Assembly (NCBI RefSeq): GCF_002506515.1
Contig: NZ_DAXS01000068.1
Coordinates: 20,927 to 84,926, forward strand
Length of the DNA: 64,000 nucleotides
Source of the DNA: Caldivirga sp. UBA161
GTDB taxonomy: Archaea; Thermoproteota; Thermoprotei; Thermoproteales; Thermocladiaceae
Direction: 5' to 3'
In this document: piece by piece, positions 31,639-41,654 of the stretch
Layout: each line of letters begins with the position of its first letter
Position numbering within the stretch: the first letter of the stretch is position 1
Made by a program: the position numbers and the translations under genes
Notes under the pieces: generated by a model
Told to the model about the DNA's origin: nothing
What the model saw: the letters and a program-made list of their open reading frames with translations, nothing else
The model's database searches: none

Positions 31639-32460
31639 ATGAACCTAGGGGTTTCAACATACTCCTTCTGGCACTTTGAGGGTGAGAAGATGCCCATTAA
31701 TAATTACTTAGAGAGAGCTGCTAAACATGGGTTCAGTGGTGTTGAAATTCTTGAGGATCATTTAAGTGGACTCAATACAGGGGATTTAAGGGAGGTTAAG
31801 AGGGTAGCCTTCACGCTTGGATTAAGCATATACGCTGTATCAATTCACAATGATTTTATTAACCCACTCACTGGTTCAAGGGATAAGGAGGTTGAGTTAG
31901 TGAAGAAGTGGTTAAATGCAGCCTATGTCCTTGGAGCATCCATAATTAGGATTAATTCAGGTAGGTGGAGGACAATTAAGAGTTTTGATGAGTTAATGAG
32001 GAATAAGGGTAAAGAACCACCATTACCAGGTTATACTGAGGAGGATGCATTAAGGTGGGTTGAGGAGTCAATAAGAAGCCTACTACCCACTGCTGAGGAT
32101 TTAGGAATAATACTTGGCCTTGAGAATCATTGGGGGATTTCAGGTAAGGCGTCAAACATGGTTAAAATGTTTAATGACGTACCATCAAAGTACTTTAGGG
32201 CAGTAATGGATATAGGTAACTTCATTGAGGATACCTATGGGCAACTGGAGATGATAGCGCCCTACACTGCAATGGTTCATGCTAAGACATACTTTGGTGG
32301 TGGCGTGTGGTATACCTTGGATATAGATTACGATAGGGTTTTCAACATTCTTAAGAATCATGGATTCAATGGCTGGGTTTCACTGGAGTATGAGGGTAGG
32401 GAAGATTATGATACTGGTGTTGCTAAGAGTAGGGAATTGCTTCTAAAGTACATTAGGTAA
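31639..32460 (+). CDS. Sugar phosphate isomerase/epimerase (xylose-isomerase-like TIM barrel)
   Basis: GFSGVE, LENHWG, DIGNF, VHAK, SLEYEG. Confidence 0.85.
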   Translation: MNLGVSTYSFWHFEGEKMPINNYLERAAKHGFSGVEILEDHLSGLNTGDLREVKRVAFTLGLSIYAVSIHNDFINPLTGSRDKEVELVKKWLNAAYVLGASIIRINSGRWRTIKSFDELMRNKGKEPPLPGYTEEDALRWVEESIRSLLPTAEDLGIILGLENHWGISGKASNMVKMFNDVPSKYFRAVMDIGNFIEDTYGQLEMIAPYTAMVHAKTYFGGGVWYTLDIDYDRVFNILKNHGFNGWVSLEYEGREDYDTGVAKSRELLLKYIR

Positions 32461-32467
32461 TAACACC

Positions 32468-33625
32468 TCAATGCATTAAGCTCTGTTGAATTTCATTAAT
32501 CCTACTCCTCAATGCGGTGTTCATTATTAGTGAAACCAGTAGGAAGAGTATGGATAGTAGGATGAATAGATTCCTAACCCCAATTACTGTTGAAATAGCA
32601 CCCCCAATTAATCCACCTAGTATTGACCCCATTGAGAACATTGTAAAGAAGACAGCTGATCCCTTACCCCTCTCCACGCCTAGGCTCATGAGTAATGCTG
32701 GGGTTGATACTATGAATAATGCGTAACCAATACCCCTAACCACTTGAGCCAGGTATAATGCACTCAATGGGATGAGGGAATATAGCGTGAAGGCTAAGGA
32801 TAATACTAAACCATTGATTATGAATAAATACTTCCTGAATATTAGGCTGCTGTCAAATAACCTACCGGTAATGATCATTGTAGGCACCTCAGCAGTCGCA
32901 CCTGCAGCTATTACTTCACCCAAGTACAATATTGAACCATGTTTAATGAAGACGTACACTGGTAGGAACCAGGATGCTGATGATATTGTTAACCCAGCTA
33001 TTAAGGAGTAGAGTGATAGGGCAGCCCACGTGCTTAAGGTAAGCCTAGTGGTGAATCTAGTGGAGTATGTTTCCTTAAGCATTAAGGCAGCTATGGTAAG
33101 CGCCATTAGCAATTCAATTAAAGCAAATAAGAGGGCGTACCCTAGTGATGATTTAACTATTATTAACGGTATTACTAAACTACCCCCTATCCAACCAATA
33201 GCCCCACCAATCCTAACAACACTAATACTCCTACCTAATTTAACCACTGATATTTCAGAGGATGAGGCTAACATTAACGTTGAGAAGCCCCCGGCTAGGA
33301 ATCCCATAATTATTGACGATAACACGTAGTAGCTTACCCTTAAGTTCAACATAAGGAGTAATGTAATTAAGGCTGCTGAGAGTAAATCAATAATAATCAC
33401 CCTCCTCCTGCTCTTCATAATGTCTGATAAGTAGCCTAATGAATATTGGCCCATCATGGATGCTATATTATAGGATGTACTAAATGCACCAATTTCAATC
33501 AACGTTAAGCCGCTGGCGTATAGAATGTAGGTTGAGAATAATGCGTAGAGCGGCACCACAGACCACATTAAGGCGTATATAATTAGTAAAATCAGCTCCA
33601 CTGAGGCATTTACCTTAAACTGCAT
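32468..33625 (-). CDS. MFS transporter
   Basis: About 12 TM helices, GYLSDIMKSRR motif A, AEVP..TGRLFD. Confidence 0.88.
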   Translation of the reverse strand: MQFKVNASVELILLIIYALMWSVVPLYALFSTYILYASGLTLIEIGAFSTSYNIASMMGQYSLGYLSDIMKSRRRVIIIDLLSAALITLLLMLNLRVSYYVLSSIIMGFLAGGFSTLMLASSSEISVVKLGRSISVVRIGGAIGWIGGSLVIPLIIVKSSLGYALLFALIELLMALTIAALMLKETYSTRFTTRLTLSTWAALSLYSLIAGLTISSASWFLPVYVFIKHGSILYLGEVIAAGATAEVPTMIITGRLFDSSLIFRKYLFIINGLVLSLAFTLYSLIPLSALYLAQVVRGIGYALFIVSTPALLMSLGVERGKGSAVFFTMFSMGSILGGLIGGAISTVIGVRNLFILLSILFLLVSLIMNTALRSRINEIQQSLMH

Positions 33626-33712
33626 TATTCGGTTGTTAACTACTGAATTAAAGCTTAACTGATTTTAATTTAGTGAAGCATAGTTTTAAAAGCTATATGC
33701 AATATAATTATC

Positions 33713-34651
33713 ATGAGGATTGCTGACCTACACGAGGATATCTCATGGGGGACTTCACAATACTTTAACGATACCATTAATGGCCCAGCACAATCAAGTA
33801 TAGCTCAATTGGCTAAATTCGATCAGGCATTAGTATTCGCGGCAATATACCCTCATGTTAGGACTTGGAATGAGGATGCTGATAAGATTAAGGCACTCTA
33901 TGGTAGAGCAACAAACCCAACGCACTTCTCATTCGACCTAATACTGGATCACCTCAAATTCTACTACTACCTGGAGAGGAGGGGATTAATTAAGATTATT
34001 AAAAGCCCTAATGATACCTTAAGTAAGGTTAACTTCGTAATATCCCTGGAGGGTACTGATGCATTGAGGGATATATATGACTTATACGTACTTAAGAACC
34101 TGGGGGTTAGGGTTATTCAATTAACATGGAATTATGATACTAAGTTTGCTGCATCATGTAATTCAAGGAAGGATTACGGCTTAACTGGTGAGGGTGAGGA
34201 ACTGGTTAAATTAGCCAATGACCTTGGCTTATTAATTGACCTAGCTCACGCAAGTAAGCAAACTGTGCTTGATGTAGCATCAATATCTAGGAAGCCTATT
34301 ATAGTTAGCCACGCTAACGCTAGGAAGCTTAAGGACTCCCGTAGGAATCTTGATGATGAAATGATTGAGGCCATTATTAAGGCTGGGGGAATTATAGGGG
34401 TGGCTGCAATACCATCATTATTACCTAACCCAAGTATTGAGGGTATATTAGATAATATTAAGTATATTGGTGAGAATTATGGCTGGGATTATGTGGCAAT
34501 AGGTACTGACTTCCTTGGAATGTACCCTGATGAAGTAATAAGTGGCCTTGAGTCAATTGAGAAACTAAGCATGCTCAGTGATATGTTGGGTGATGAAGCT
34601 GAAAAGGTACTGTGGGGTAATGCCTATAGGATGCTTAAGTACATAGGGTAA
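33713..34651 (+). CDS. Membrane dipeptidase family (peptidase M19)
   Basis: DLHED, SLEG, QLTWN, GLT..G, IDLAH, SHAN, RNL.D, IGTDF.G. Confidence 0.9.
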   Translation: MRIADLHEDISWGTSQYFNDTINGPAQSSIAQLAKFDQALVFAAIYPHVRTWNEDADKIKALYGRATNPTHFSFDLILDHLKFYYYLERRGLIKIIKSPNDTLSKVNFVISLEGTDALRDIYDLYVLKNLGVRVIQLTWNYDTKFAASCNSRKDYGLTGEGEELVKLANDLGLLIDLAHASKQTVLDVASISRKPIIVSHANARKLKDSRRNLDDEMIEAIIKAGGIIGVAAIPSLLPNPSIEGILDNIKYIGENYGWDYVAIGTDFLGMYPDEVISGLESIEKLSMLSDMLGDEAEKVLWGNAYRMLKYIG

Positions 34652-34666
34652 TTAGAATCCCATAAT

Positions 34667-35047
34667 TCAATGCTTCTTACCACGGTTTTTAGCCAACATA
34701 TCTCTTATTTCATTCTTCCAAATGTATCCAGCCACCCTCCTACCTTCCTTGGTTAAATCATAGTAAATCCCCCTCCCCCTCTTCTCAGGGTTATGCTGCT
34801 TAACCTTAAGCCACGGCTTAACCGAACTAGTAACCCTACCCTTTAAACTCCCCTTAAACTCCTGTAGTAAATTAAGTTGAACAAGATGCTTACAAGCCTC
34901 CTCAACTTCATCTTCAGGTATTATTGGATTCCACCCAGATGCACCGAGGAGCCTCCTGGCAAGTAGCCATGGTGTATCTGGGCCATACTTATAAATGTGG
35001 GCTAGTATCATTTTCTCTAATTCACTTAAACCATCACCAGTGCCCAC
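34667..35047 (-). CDS. DUF2250-like winged-helix protein
   Basis: ILAHI.KYGPD...L, L...LLQE..G, YYDLTKEGR. Confidence 0.65.
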   Translation of the reverse strand: MGTGDGLSELEKMILAHIYKYGPDTPWLLARRLLGASGWNPIIPEDEVEEACKHLVQLNLLQEFKGSLKGRVTSSVKPWLKVKQHNPEKRGRGIYYDLTKEGRRVAGYIWKNEIRDMLAKNRGKKH

Positions 35048-35110
35048 GAACGGTATTGCTATTAATGGTTTTAACCCTAACGCTGTCTCATCCCTAACAC
35101 TTTATAATCA

Positions 35111-36430
35111 TTACGTACCAGTTTCCCAACTTGAAATATACCTAGCCTGCTCCTCTGTTAGGGAATCAAACCTAACCCCCATTGCCGCCAACTTAAGCCT
35201 AGCAATATCCTCATCAATATCCTGAGGCAGCCTGTAAACTCTAGGTGTTAACTTACCCTTATTTCTTAAAATGTACTCAGCCGCCAATGCTTGATTACTG
35301 AAGGACATGTCCATTACCTCACTTGGATGCCCTTCCGCGGCTGATAGGTTAACTAGCCTGCCCTCCGCTATTAGGTATATTTTTCTGCCATTAGGTAGGA
35401 TGTACTCAACAACGTATGGTCTTATTTCCCTCTTGGATTTAGCGTTCTTTTCTAGGGCCTCCACATCAATCTCAACATTGAAGTGCCCTGTATTGGCTAA
35501 CACTGCACCATCCTTCATCCTTAACATGTGGTCAAAGGATATTACCCTTATGTCACCTGTTGCTGTTATGAAGATGTCGCCTATTTCAGCAGCTTCACTC
35601 ATTGGCATTACCTCAAAGCCCTCGAAGACTGCCTCAAGGGCCCTTATTGGATTAACCTCAGTAATAATGACCCTCCTTGCCCCAAGTCCCTTAGCCCTCA
35701 TCGCCACCCCCCTTCCAACCCACCCATATCCAGCAACTACCACTATTTTTCCTGCAATGAGTAGGTTCGTTGCCCTTATTATCCCATCCCAAGTTGATTG
35801 GCCTGTACCGTACCTATTGTCGAAGAGGTACTTTGTATATGAGTCGTTAACAGCTATTATAGGGTACATTAACTTCCCATCCTTCTCCATGGCCCTAAAC
35901 CTAATGACCCCTGTAGTTGTTTCCTCAGTGCCGCCGAATATCTTCTTAACTAAGCTTACATAATCCCTACTGCCTGCTACCTCAAGGGCATACTTAACTG
36001 ACTCATCAATGATCCCTAAGGCTAACTTATGTAGTGTGCCGGCTACGTCACCGCCATCATCGAGGGTTATGTTGGGTTCAGAGGATATGGCGAAGCCTAT
36101 GGCATTATAATACTCCCTATTGCTCATGCCCTTCCAAGCATATACATGAATACCCTCCTCCACTAAGGCTGCTGCAACATCATCTTGAGTTGAGAGTGGA
36201 TTACTTGGCGCTAAGTATACGTCAGCTCCACCTGCTGCTAGGGTTTTAGCCAGAACCGCAGTCTCCTTGGTAACATGGAGGCTTGCAGCTATTTTAATAC
36301 CCTTAAGTGGCTTCTCCTTAATGAACCTTTCCCTAATAGCCATTAGTACCGGCATGTGTGATTCAGCCCACTCAATCTGTAGCCTTCCCTTGGCCGCTAA
36401 TGACTTATCCTTAACCTTAGACTCAACCAT
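35111..36430 (-). CDS. ahcY: Adenosylhomocysteinase
   Basis: [63 protein letters not shown]. Confidence 0.97.
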   Translation of the reverse strand: MVESKVKDKSLAAKGRLQIEWAESHMPVLMAIRERFIKEKPLKGIKIAASLHVTKETAVLAKTLAAGGADVYLAPSNPLSTQDDVAAALVEEGIHVYAWKGMSNREYYNAIGFAISSEPNITLDDGGDVAGTLHKLALGIIDESVKYALEVAGSRDYVSLVKKIFGGTEETTTGVIRFRAMEKDGKLMYPIIAVNDSYTKYLFDNRYGTGQSTWDGIIRATNLLIAGKIVVVAGYGWVGRGVAMRAKGLGARRVIITEVNPIRALEAVFEGFEVMPMSEAAEIGDIFITATGDIRVISFDHMLRMKDGAVLANTGHFNVEIDVEALEKNAKSKREIRPYVVEYILPNGRKIYLIAEGRLVNLSAAEGHPSEVMDMSFSNQALAAEYILRNKGKLTPRVYRLPQDIDEDIARLKLAAMGVRFDSLTEEQARYISSWETGT

Positions 36431-36534
36431 TGCTGAACCTAGATTTAACATGTTTAAAAGCGTTTAACCAACATTCCACATGCCATAACGTTTAAGCGGA
36501 GGGTACTTTACTTAAACACGCGTTTTAAGTATTA

Positions 36535-37521
36535 TTAATTATTCTTAATGCCGCAGGAATTAACAATATTAATCAAATACGCGTCGCCAAAACGTTCACC
36601 AGCGTTAATGGGTATTACTGATGCTGCACAAGATTGCCTTATCAATGGTTCACTCACAGTTACTTGCCTACCCATTAATTTACTTAACTCCTCCTCAATC
36701 ATTTGCTTCCATAGGCCCTTATTAGCCATGTATGTACCGCCCATTAATGCTATGGGCAGGTTAAAGGCACCAAGCCTCCTAATCACGGTGGTTAATGCTA
36801 AGGCAACCTCCTCAGTCTCCCTCCTAAGTATTAATGAAGCCTCCTTATCACCCTCCTTAGCTGCATCAAAGACGCTTTTGGCAAATGAAGCGATCGTACC
36901 CTTAACATCCCTGGCTGAATAAACTTTAGCAACCAACTCCTCAATGGTGGAGGCTGAGTACTGGCTTAAGGCATATTTAACTAGGGTTGTTTCACCAATC
37001 CTACCGTCATATGATTTCACCACTGCTGATAAGCCTAAGGCTCCAATATGGTACGCTCCACCTTCATCATCTATTAAATGCCCCCATCCACCAACCCTAA
37101 CCCTCCTACCAGAGTACTTACCGTAAAAATTACTGCCAGTGCCCAATATGCCTATTACCCCATCACCTGTTAAGAATGCTGAGGCGTGGGCGGCTTCAAT
37201 ATCCTCAGTAATGTATATTCTAGCACCCTTAACATAATCACCAAGTTCACTCATTATACACCTCCTTATTTCACTATCCCAAGCACCACCAAGGTAACCA
37301 GCCATGGATAGACTTAAGGCAATAACCTCAACATTAGCGTTAACCTTACTTAATGCGTTAATTACACTTGCTGAAATATTACTGCAGACTTCATTAATAG
37401 GTAATGCCGCTGGATTTGAAGGCCCGGCTTGCCCAAGAGCCATTAATACTCCATCATATGATAATACTGCTGCCTCTGTTTTAGTGGCACCGCCATCAAT
37501 TCCCAGTACTACCTTAACCAC
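36535..37521 (-). CDS. BadF/BadG-type N-acetylglucosamine (possibly N-acetylmuramate, MurK-like) kinase
   Basis: GIDGGATKT, GPSN, LSMAG, ILGTGS, RVGGWGHLIDDEGGAYHIG. Confidence 0.82.
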   Translation of the reverse strand: MVKVVLGIDGGATKTEAAVLSYDGVLMALGQAGPSNPAALPINEVCSNISASVINALSKVNANVEVIALSLSMAGYLGGAWDSEIRRCIMSELGDYVKGARIYITEDIEAAHASAFLTGDGVIGILGTGSNFYGKYSGRRVRVGGWGHLIDDEGGAYHIGALGLSAVVKSYDGRIGETTLVKYALSQYSASTIEELVAKVYSARDVKGTIASFAKSVFDAAKEGDKEASLILRRETEEVALALTTVIRRLGAFNLPIALMGGTYMANKGLWKQMIEEELSKLMGRQVTVSEPLIRQSCAASVIPINAGERFGDAYLINIVNSCGIKNN

Positions 37522-37561
37522 TTGTTACGGACTTGGTGAGAGTATTTAAACCTCATCACGT

Positions 37562-38548
37562 TCACTCAACAAGAGGTTCCTTCATTGTTAATGTTGCCTC
37601 ATCAGCATTAACCTCAATACTAATGCCTAAGGGAACTGGGTATGTGTTTAGGCCTTGTTGATCACCACCATGGCAGCATGGGTAATTTAGGAAGGATGGG
37701 GCCTTAGGGTTATAGGTCTTAGTTGCCTCCACAATTGACTCAACCACACTCCCCCCAACCTGCCACTCCCTTAACTCAGGTATTTCACCGTAGGCAATAG
37801 CATTAACGCCTCCGAGAATTCCCATTAATCCCAGTGCCGTTAAGTACTCATCAAGCCTATGTATCTGTAGCGCTATCTCCTCAATAAAGAGTACCTTACC
37901 CTCCGGGTTAATTCTGAAGCTTGGTATTGATTGAGGAAGGAGGAATTTCAATAGATTGCCACCAACCATTACGCCGCTTGCTTTACCTGGTGTTATTATT
38001 CTTGGAAATGGCCCATCCTGAAGGGGCTTAAGCTCCATCACCTCACCCTTGAGTATACTTAGAGCCGCATCCATATCCCTCCTGAACCTACTTAGGCCAG
38101 CCTCACTAGGTGTCACATTAAGGTCAAGCATTGGGGCCTGTAGTGATGGGACTCCAGCCTTAGCATACACTGCAGTTTGTAGGGCTGTTATGTCGCTGAA
38201 GCCCACTATAACCTTAGGGTGCTCTTTAATTACATCATAGTCAAGAAGCCTAATAACCCTAAAGGCACCGCTCATGCCCCTTAAGCACCATACTGCATCT
38301 ACGTCATCCCTAATGAAGGCATCCATGATATCCTTAGCTCTAACTTCATCTGGAGCCGAATGGAAGCCCTTATTTAAGGCGAACTTAACAGTATCTCCAA
38401 GAATCACCCTAAACCCTTTTTTCCTAAGATAATCAATACCAGTGTTGAGTCCTGAGCCACTCCCCGGATAACCTGGGGGTGCTGATGGTGCTATGAGCAT
38501 TACCGTTGATCCCTCCCTTAACCTACGTGGTTTAACCGAGTACTTCAC
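37562..38548 (-). CDS. Peptidase S66 (LD-carboxypeptidase LdcA / MccF family)
   Basis: LIAPS, RAKD, CLRG, GFSDIT (Ser), GGNL, LFIEE (Glu), CCHG (His), PLG. Confidence 0.9.
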   Translation of the reverse strand: MKYSVKPRRLREGSTVMLIAPSAPPGYPGSGSGLNTGIDYLRKKGFRVILGDTVKFALNKGFHSAPDEVRAKDIMDAFIRDDVDAVWCLRGMSGAFRVIRLLDYDVIKEHPKVIVGFSDITALQTAVYAKAGVPSLQAPMLDLNVTPSEAGLSRFRRDMDAALSILKGEVMELKPLQDGPFPRIITPGKASGVMVGGNLLKFLLPQSIPSFRINPEGKVLFIEEIALQIHRLDEYLTALGLMGILGGVNAIAYGEIPELREWQVGGSVVESIVEATKTYNPKAPSFLNYPCCHGGDQQGLNTYPVPLGISIEVNADEATLTMKEPLVE

Positions 38549-38640
38549 TCCTAATTAGTAGGTACGCTTATTTTTAAGGAATTCAACATAGTTTTGTTAA
38601 CTTAGAAGTGTTTAAAAATGGGTTAGGTAAAGGCAATGGT

Positions 38641-39606
38641 GTGGTTTTAATTGATAAGTATGGTAGGCCATTATTGAAGCTTAGGATCGTGGTTAACAGT
38701 GAATGCAACTTTAACTGCTTCTTCTGCCACTTTGAGGGTCAAAGTAGGCATATCCCATCATTAACGCCTAAGGATATTGGATTTGCAGCTGAGGCAGCCA
38801 TGAGGATTGGTGTAATGGATTTTAAGTTAACTGGTGGTGAACCATTATTACGTAAAGATATTACTGAGATAATTGAGGAATTAAGCCTAAGGAAACCTAA
38901 GGATTTATCCTTAACAACTAATGGTTACCTCCTAGGTGAATTAGCCTCAAAGCTTAGGGAGGCAGGCTTAATGAGGCTTAATGTGTCGTTACATAGCCTT
39001 AAGCCTGAGAGGTATGCATTCATAACTGGAACAAGCCCCAAGGTATTCAATAAGGTTATTGATGGGTTAATGAAGGCTAAGGACGCTGGGTTCAATAACA
39101 TAAAGCTTAATATGGTTGTTACTAAGGTTAATGTTGATGAGGTTGATGATTTAATAAGCTTCGCTGCAAAGCATGGCTTCTCACTACAGTTAATAGAATT
39201 AATGCCCGTTGGGTATGGGGAAGTGGCTTTCAATGAGAATTACGTTGACTTAAACACTGTGGTTAAGCGACTTATGGAGCGTGGTAGATTCCTTGGGAGT
39301 AGGGTTGACTTGCATAATAGGCCCCTACTTAGTGTTGATGGTGTTAAGGTTGAGGTTGTGAAGAATTACATGAATCCAAGCTTCTGCGCTGGTTGCACAA
39401 CAATGAGGTTAACCAGTGATGGATGGCTTAAGACCTGCCTCTATAAGCCTCCATCCGTTAAGGTTTGGGACCTCATTAAGAGTAGGGACCTTGAGGGGTT
39501 AATTAAGGCCTTTCAGAGGGCTAATGAGTTAAGGGAACCCAACTTTAAGAATACTGATAATCAATTGAGGTTAAGTAACATTAAGGTTAGGTTAAGGGTT
39601 GGTTAA
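38641..39606 (+). CDS. moaA: GTP 3',8-cyclase (molybdenum cofactor biosynthesis)
   Basis: IDKYGR, CNFNCFFC, LTGGEPL, TTNG, FCAGC..RLTSDG.LKTCL. Start moved to GTG 38641. Confidence 0.93.
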   Translation: MVLIDKYGRPLLKLRIVVNSECNFNCFFCHFEGQSRHIPSLTPKDIGFAAEAAMRIGVMDFKLTGGEPLLRKDITEIIEELSLRKPKDLSLTTNGYLLGELASKLREAGLMRLNVSLHSLKPERYAFITGTSPKVFNKVIDGLMKAKDAGFNNIKLNMVVTKVNVDEVDDLISFAAKHGFSLQLIELMPVGYGEVAFNENYVDLNTVVKRLMERGRFLGSRVDLHNRPLLSVDGVKVEVVKNYMNPSFCAGCTTMRLTSDGWLKTCLYKPPSVKVWDLIKSRDLEGLIKAFQRANELREPNFKNTDNQLRLSNIKVRLRVG

Positions 39607-40298
39607 ATGCATTCACCCCTATACTTGTAAATCAGCATAGTTATCTCATTCCTAATCCCCCTTAACCTATCTAAGTCATCCTTAAGTGCTATGAGCTTAC
39701 CCTTATCCTCATCCTGAAGTTGGCTTATCTCGCTCTTTAACTTAAGTTCACCATACTCAGTCTCCATTTCAGATATCCTAGCATCCAATTCACCTATTAT
39801 CCTAGTTAACTTCTCAATCCTCTCATCACACTCCCTCACATACCTCTCCCTCTCATTCTCAAGCATTTTCCTGAACTTATCCACTAAATCCTGTGGAATC
39901 TTCTCATTATTACTAATCATATTGAGCATTACATCACCTAGCTTAAGGAGCATTTCATTAACCTTCCTCAACTTATTAACCGTGTCCTCAAGCTTAGACT
40001 TAACATCATTAATAGTAGCCTCCAGTTCATTCTTAGGTTTAACTATAATAATCCTCTCCTCATCATTAAACTTAAGCACATTATTGGCTGTACTATACTT
40101 AATAACCTGGCCATCCCTACTCACGTTTACACCAGTTATTATTACCTTCAGGTTGTTGCCATCACGGTTCACCTTATATTCCACTGAGGTAACCATACCC
40201 AGTTCCCTACCATTATCATCAATAACCCTCCATCCCCTATAGGACTCCATCTTCCTCTTAATCTTATCCCCCCTCCTATTAAAGAACGATAAAGGCAT
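39603..40298 (-). CDS. PRC-barrel + long coiled-coil protein (CdvA-like architecture)
   Basis: YRGWRVIDDNGRELGMV..V PRC-barrel start, then about 140 aa of heptad coiled-coil containing YGELKLKSEISQL. Confidence 0.55.
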   Translation of the reverse strand: MPLSFFNRRGDKIKRKMESYRGWRVIDDNGRELGMVTSVEYKVNRDGNNLKVIITGVNVSRDGQVIKYSTANNVLKFNDEERIIIVKPKNELEATINDVKSKLEDTVNKLRKVNEMLLKLGDVMLNMISNNEKIPQDLVDKFRKMLENERERYVRECDERIEKLTRIIGELDARISEMETEYGELKLKSEISQLQDEDKGKLIALKDDLDRLRGIRNEITMLIYKYRGECI

Positions 40299-40406
40299 TG
40301 CCTAATTAACCTCATTAATGATAAATAACCCTATTGGTTAAAATAAACATGAGCAGTTAAGCATCAGCACCTAAACACTTTAAATCCTTAATCGCAGTAC
40401 TCTACT

Positions 40407-41654
40407 ATGAATGCATTCAGCATAAGGCTTAGTAATGGATTAAGGGTTGTGGGTTCACACATACCTGACAGTGAGGTTGAGGCTGTGTACGTATTCTACA
40501 ATGTTGGGGCTAAGAATGAGAGAGATGGAATATATGGGGGCTCTCACCTTGTTGAACATGTACTCTTCAGGAGTATTAAGGGGCTTGAGAAGAGTATTGA
40601 TGAGCTGGTGGAGGGAGTTGGGGGTTACTTCAACGGCTTCACCACATATGACACCACGGCCTACGTTGAAGTCCTACCAGTGGATAAGGCTGAGTTAGGC
40701 TTCATGATTGAGGCCAAGAGGATGAAGGATGCATTATTCCTTGAGAATGAGTTTGAACTTGAGAGGAGCATTGTGTTAAGTGAATTCGATATGAATGAGA
40801 ATGATGAGGAGGCAAGAATGATGCTTACGGCCAGTAGGAAAATGTGGGATTCACACCCATATAGGCACATGGTTATTGGCGTTAGGAGAGATCTTGAGTC
40901 TGTTAAGCGTGATGAATTATACAATTACTATAGGCGATACTATAATCCATCCAATGCAGTCCTAGTGGCTGTGGGTGGGTTAACGAGAAGTAGTATTGAG
41001 AAGCTTGCTGAACTCCACTTCAGCAGTATTGAGCCTGGTGAAGTTAAGGGAGATGTGGAGCCATGGGATGAGCAATTTAACGGTATCATTAAGGTAACCA
41101 TGAGGGGTTCAACAATGGTTCCTAGGCTCTTAGTATTATTTAAGTCACCTGGATTACATAATGCTCAAGGCTTCTCAAGGCAATTATTCGTCGACTTCAT
41201 TCTAATTGGCGATAAGAGGCTAGCCTACGGCTTAACGGCTAGTGAACCAGCATCAATACCTAGGTTCGCTAGGCTGTATAGGCTTGTTGAGGAGGGAACC
41301 GCCTCAAGCGTTTATGCCAGTTACGAGTTAACTTACATGAATGGACCCTACGGTATAGTGCTGAGGGGTGTTAAGGACCCTGATAAGGCTTATAATAGGT
41401 TAATTGAGGTTATTTTAGAGAAGCCTAATGCCGATGAAGTTAATAATGCCATTGCAAGGATTAAGACTAGGTTAATTAATACACTTGACTCACCCAGTAA
41501 GCTTGGTCAATTATATGGTGTGGGTGAATTATTCGCCAATGACCCTGAACACTTAGTGAAGTTAATGAGTAATGCTCAGTACTTAGGGGCTGAGGATTAT
41601 GTTAATCATGTGGAGGAGCTTATAAAATCAGCAGTGGTGGTTTACTATGGCTAA
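40407..41654 (+). CDS. M16 Zn peptidase, catalytic subunit
   Basis: LSNGLRV, HLVEH (HxxEH), NGFT, ERSIVLSE, HPY, YYNPSNA. Confidence 0.92.
   Translation: MNAFSIRLSNGLRVVGSHIPDSEVEAVYVFYNVGAKNERDGIYGGSHLVEHVLFRSIKGLEKSIDELVEGVGGYFNGFTTYDTTAYVEVLPVDKAELGFMIEAKRMKDALFLENEFELERSIVLSEFDMNENDEEARMMLTASRKMWDSHPYRHMVIGVRRDLESVKRDELYNYYRRYYNPSNAVLVAVGGLTRSSIEKLAELHFSSIEPGEVKGDVEPWDEQFNGIIKVTMRGSTMVPRLLVLFKSPGLHNAQGFSRQLFVDFILIGDKRLAYGLTASEPASIPRFARLYRLVEEGTASSVYASYELTYMNGPYGIVLRGVKDPDKAYNRLIEVILEKPNADEVNNAIARIKTRLINTLDSPSKLGQLYGVGELFANDPEHLVKLMSNAQYLGAEDYVNHVEELIKSAVVVYYG

Noticed and set aside
35307..35963. 218-aa plus-strand ORF
   Set aside because: Antisense shadow of ahcY with S/P/T/L-rich composition typical of reverse-frame ORFs; the same applies to the many 60-135 aa antisense ORFs in the track.
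39540..39606. MoaA lacking the C-terminal GG motif
   Set aside because: Commonly absent in archaeal MoaA as recalled; both Fe-S motifs are intact.
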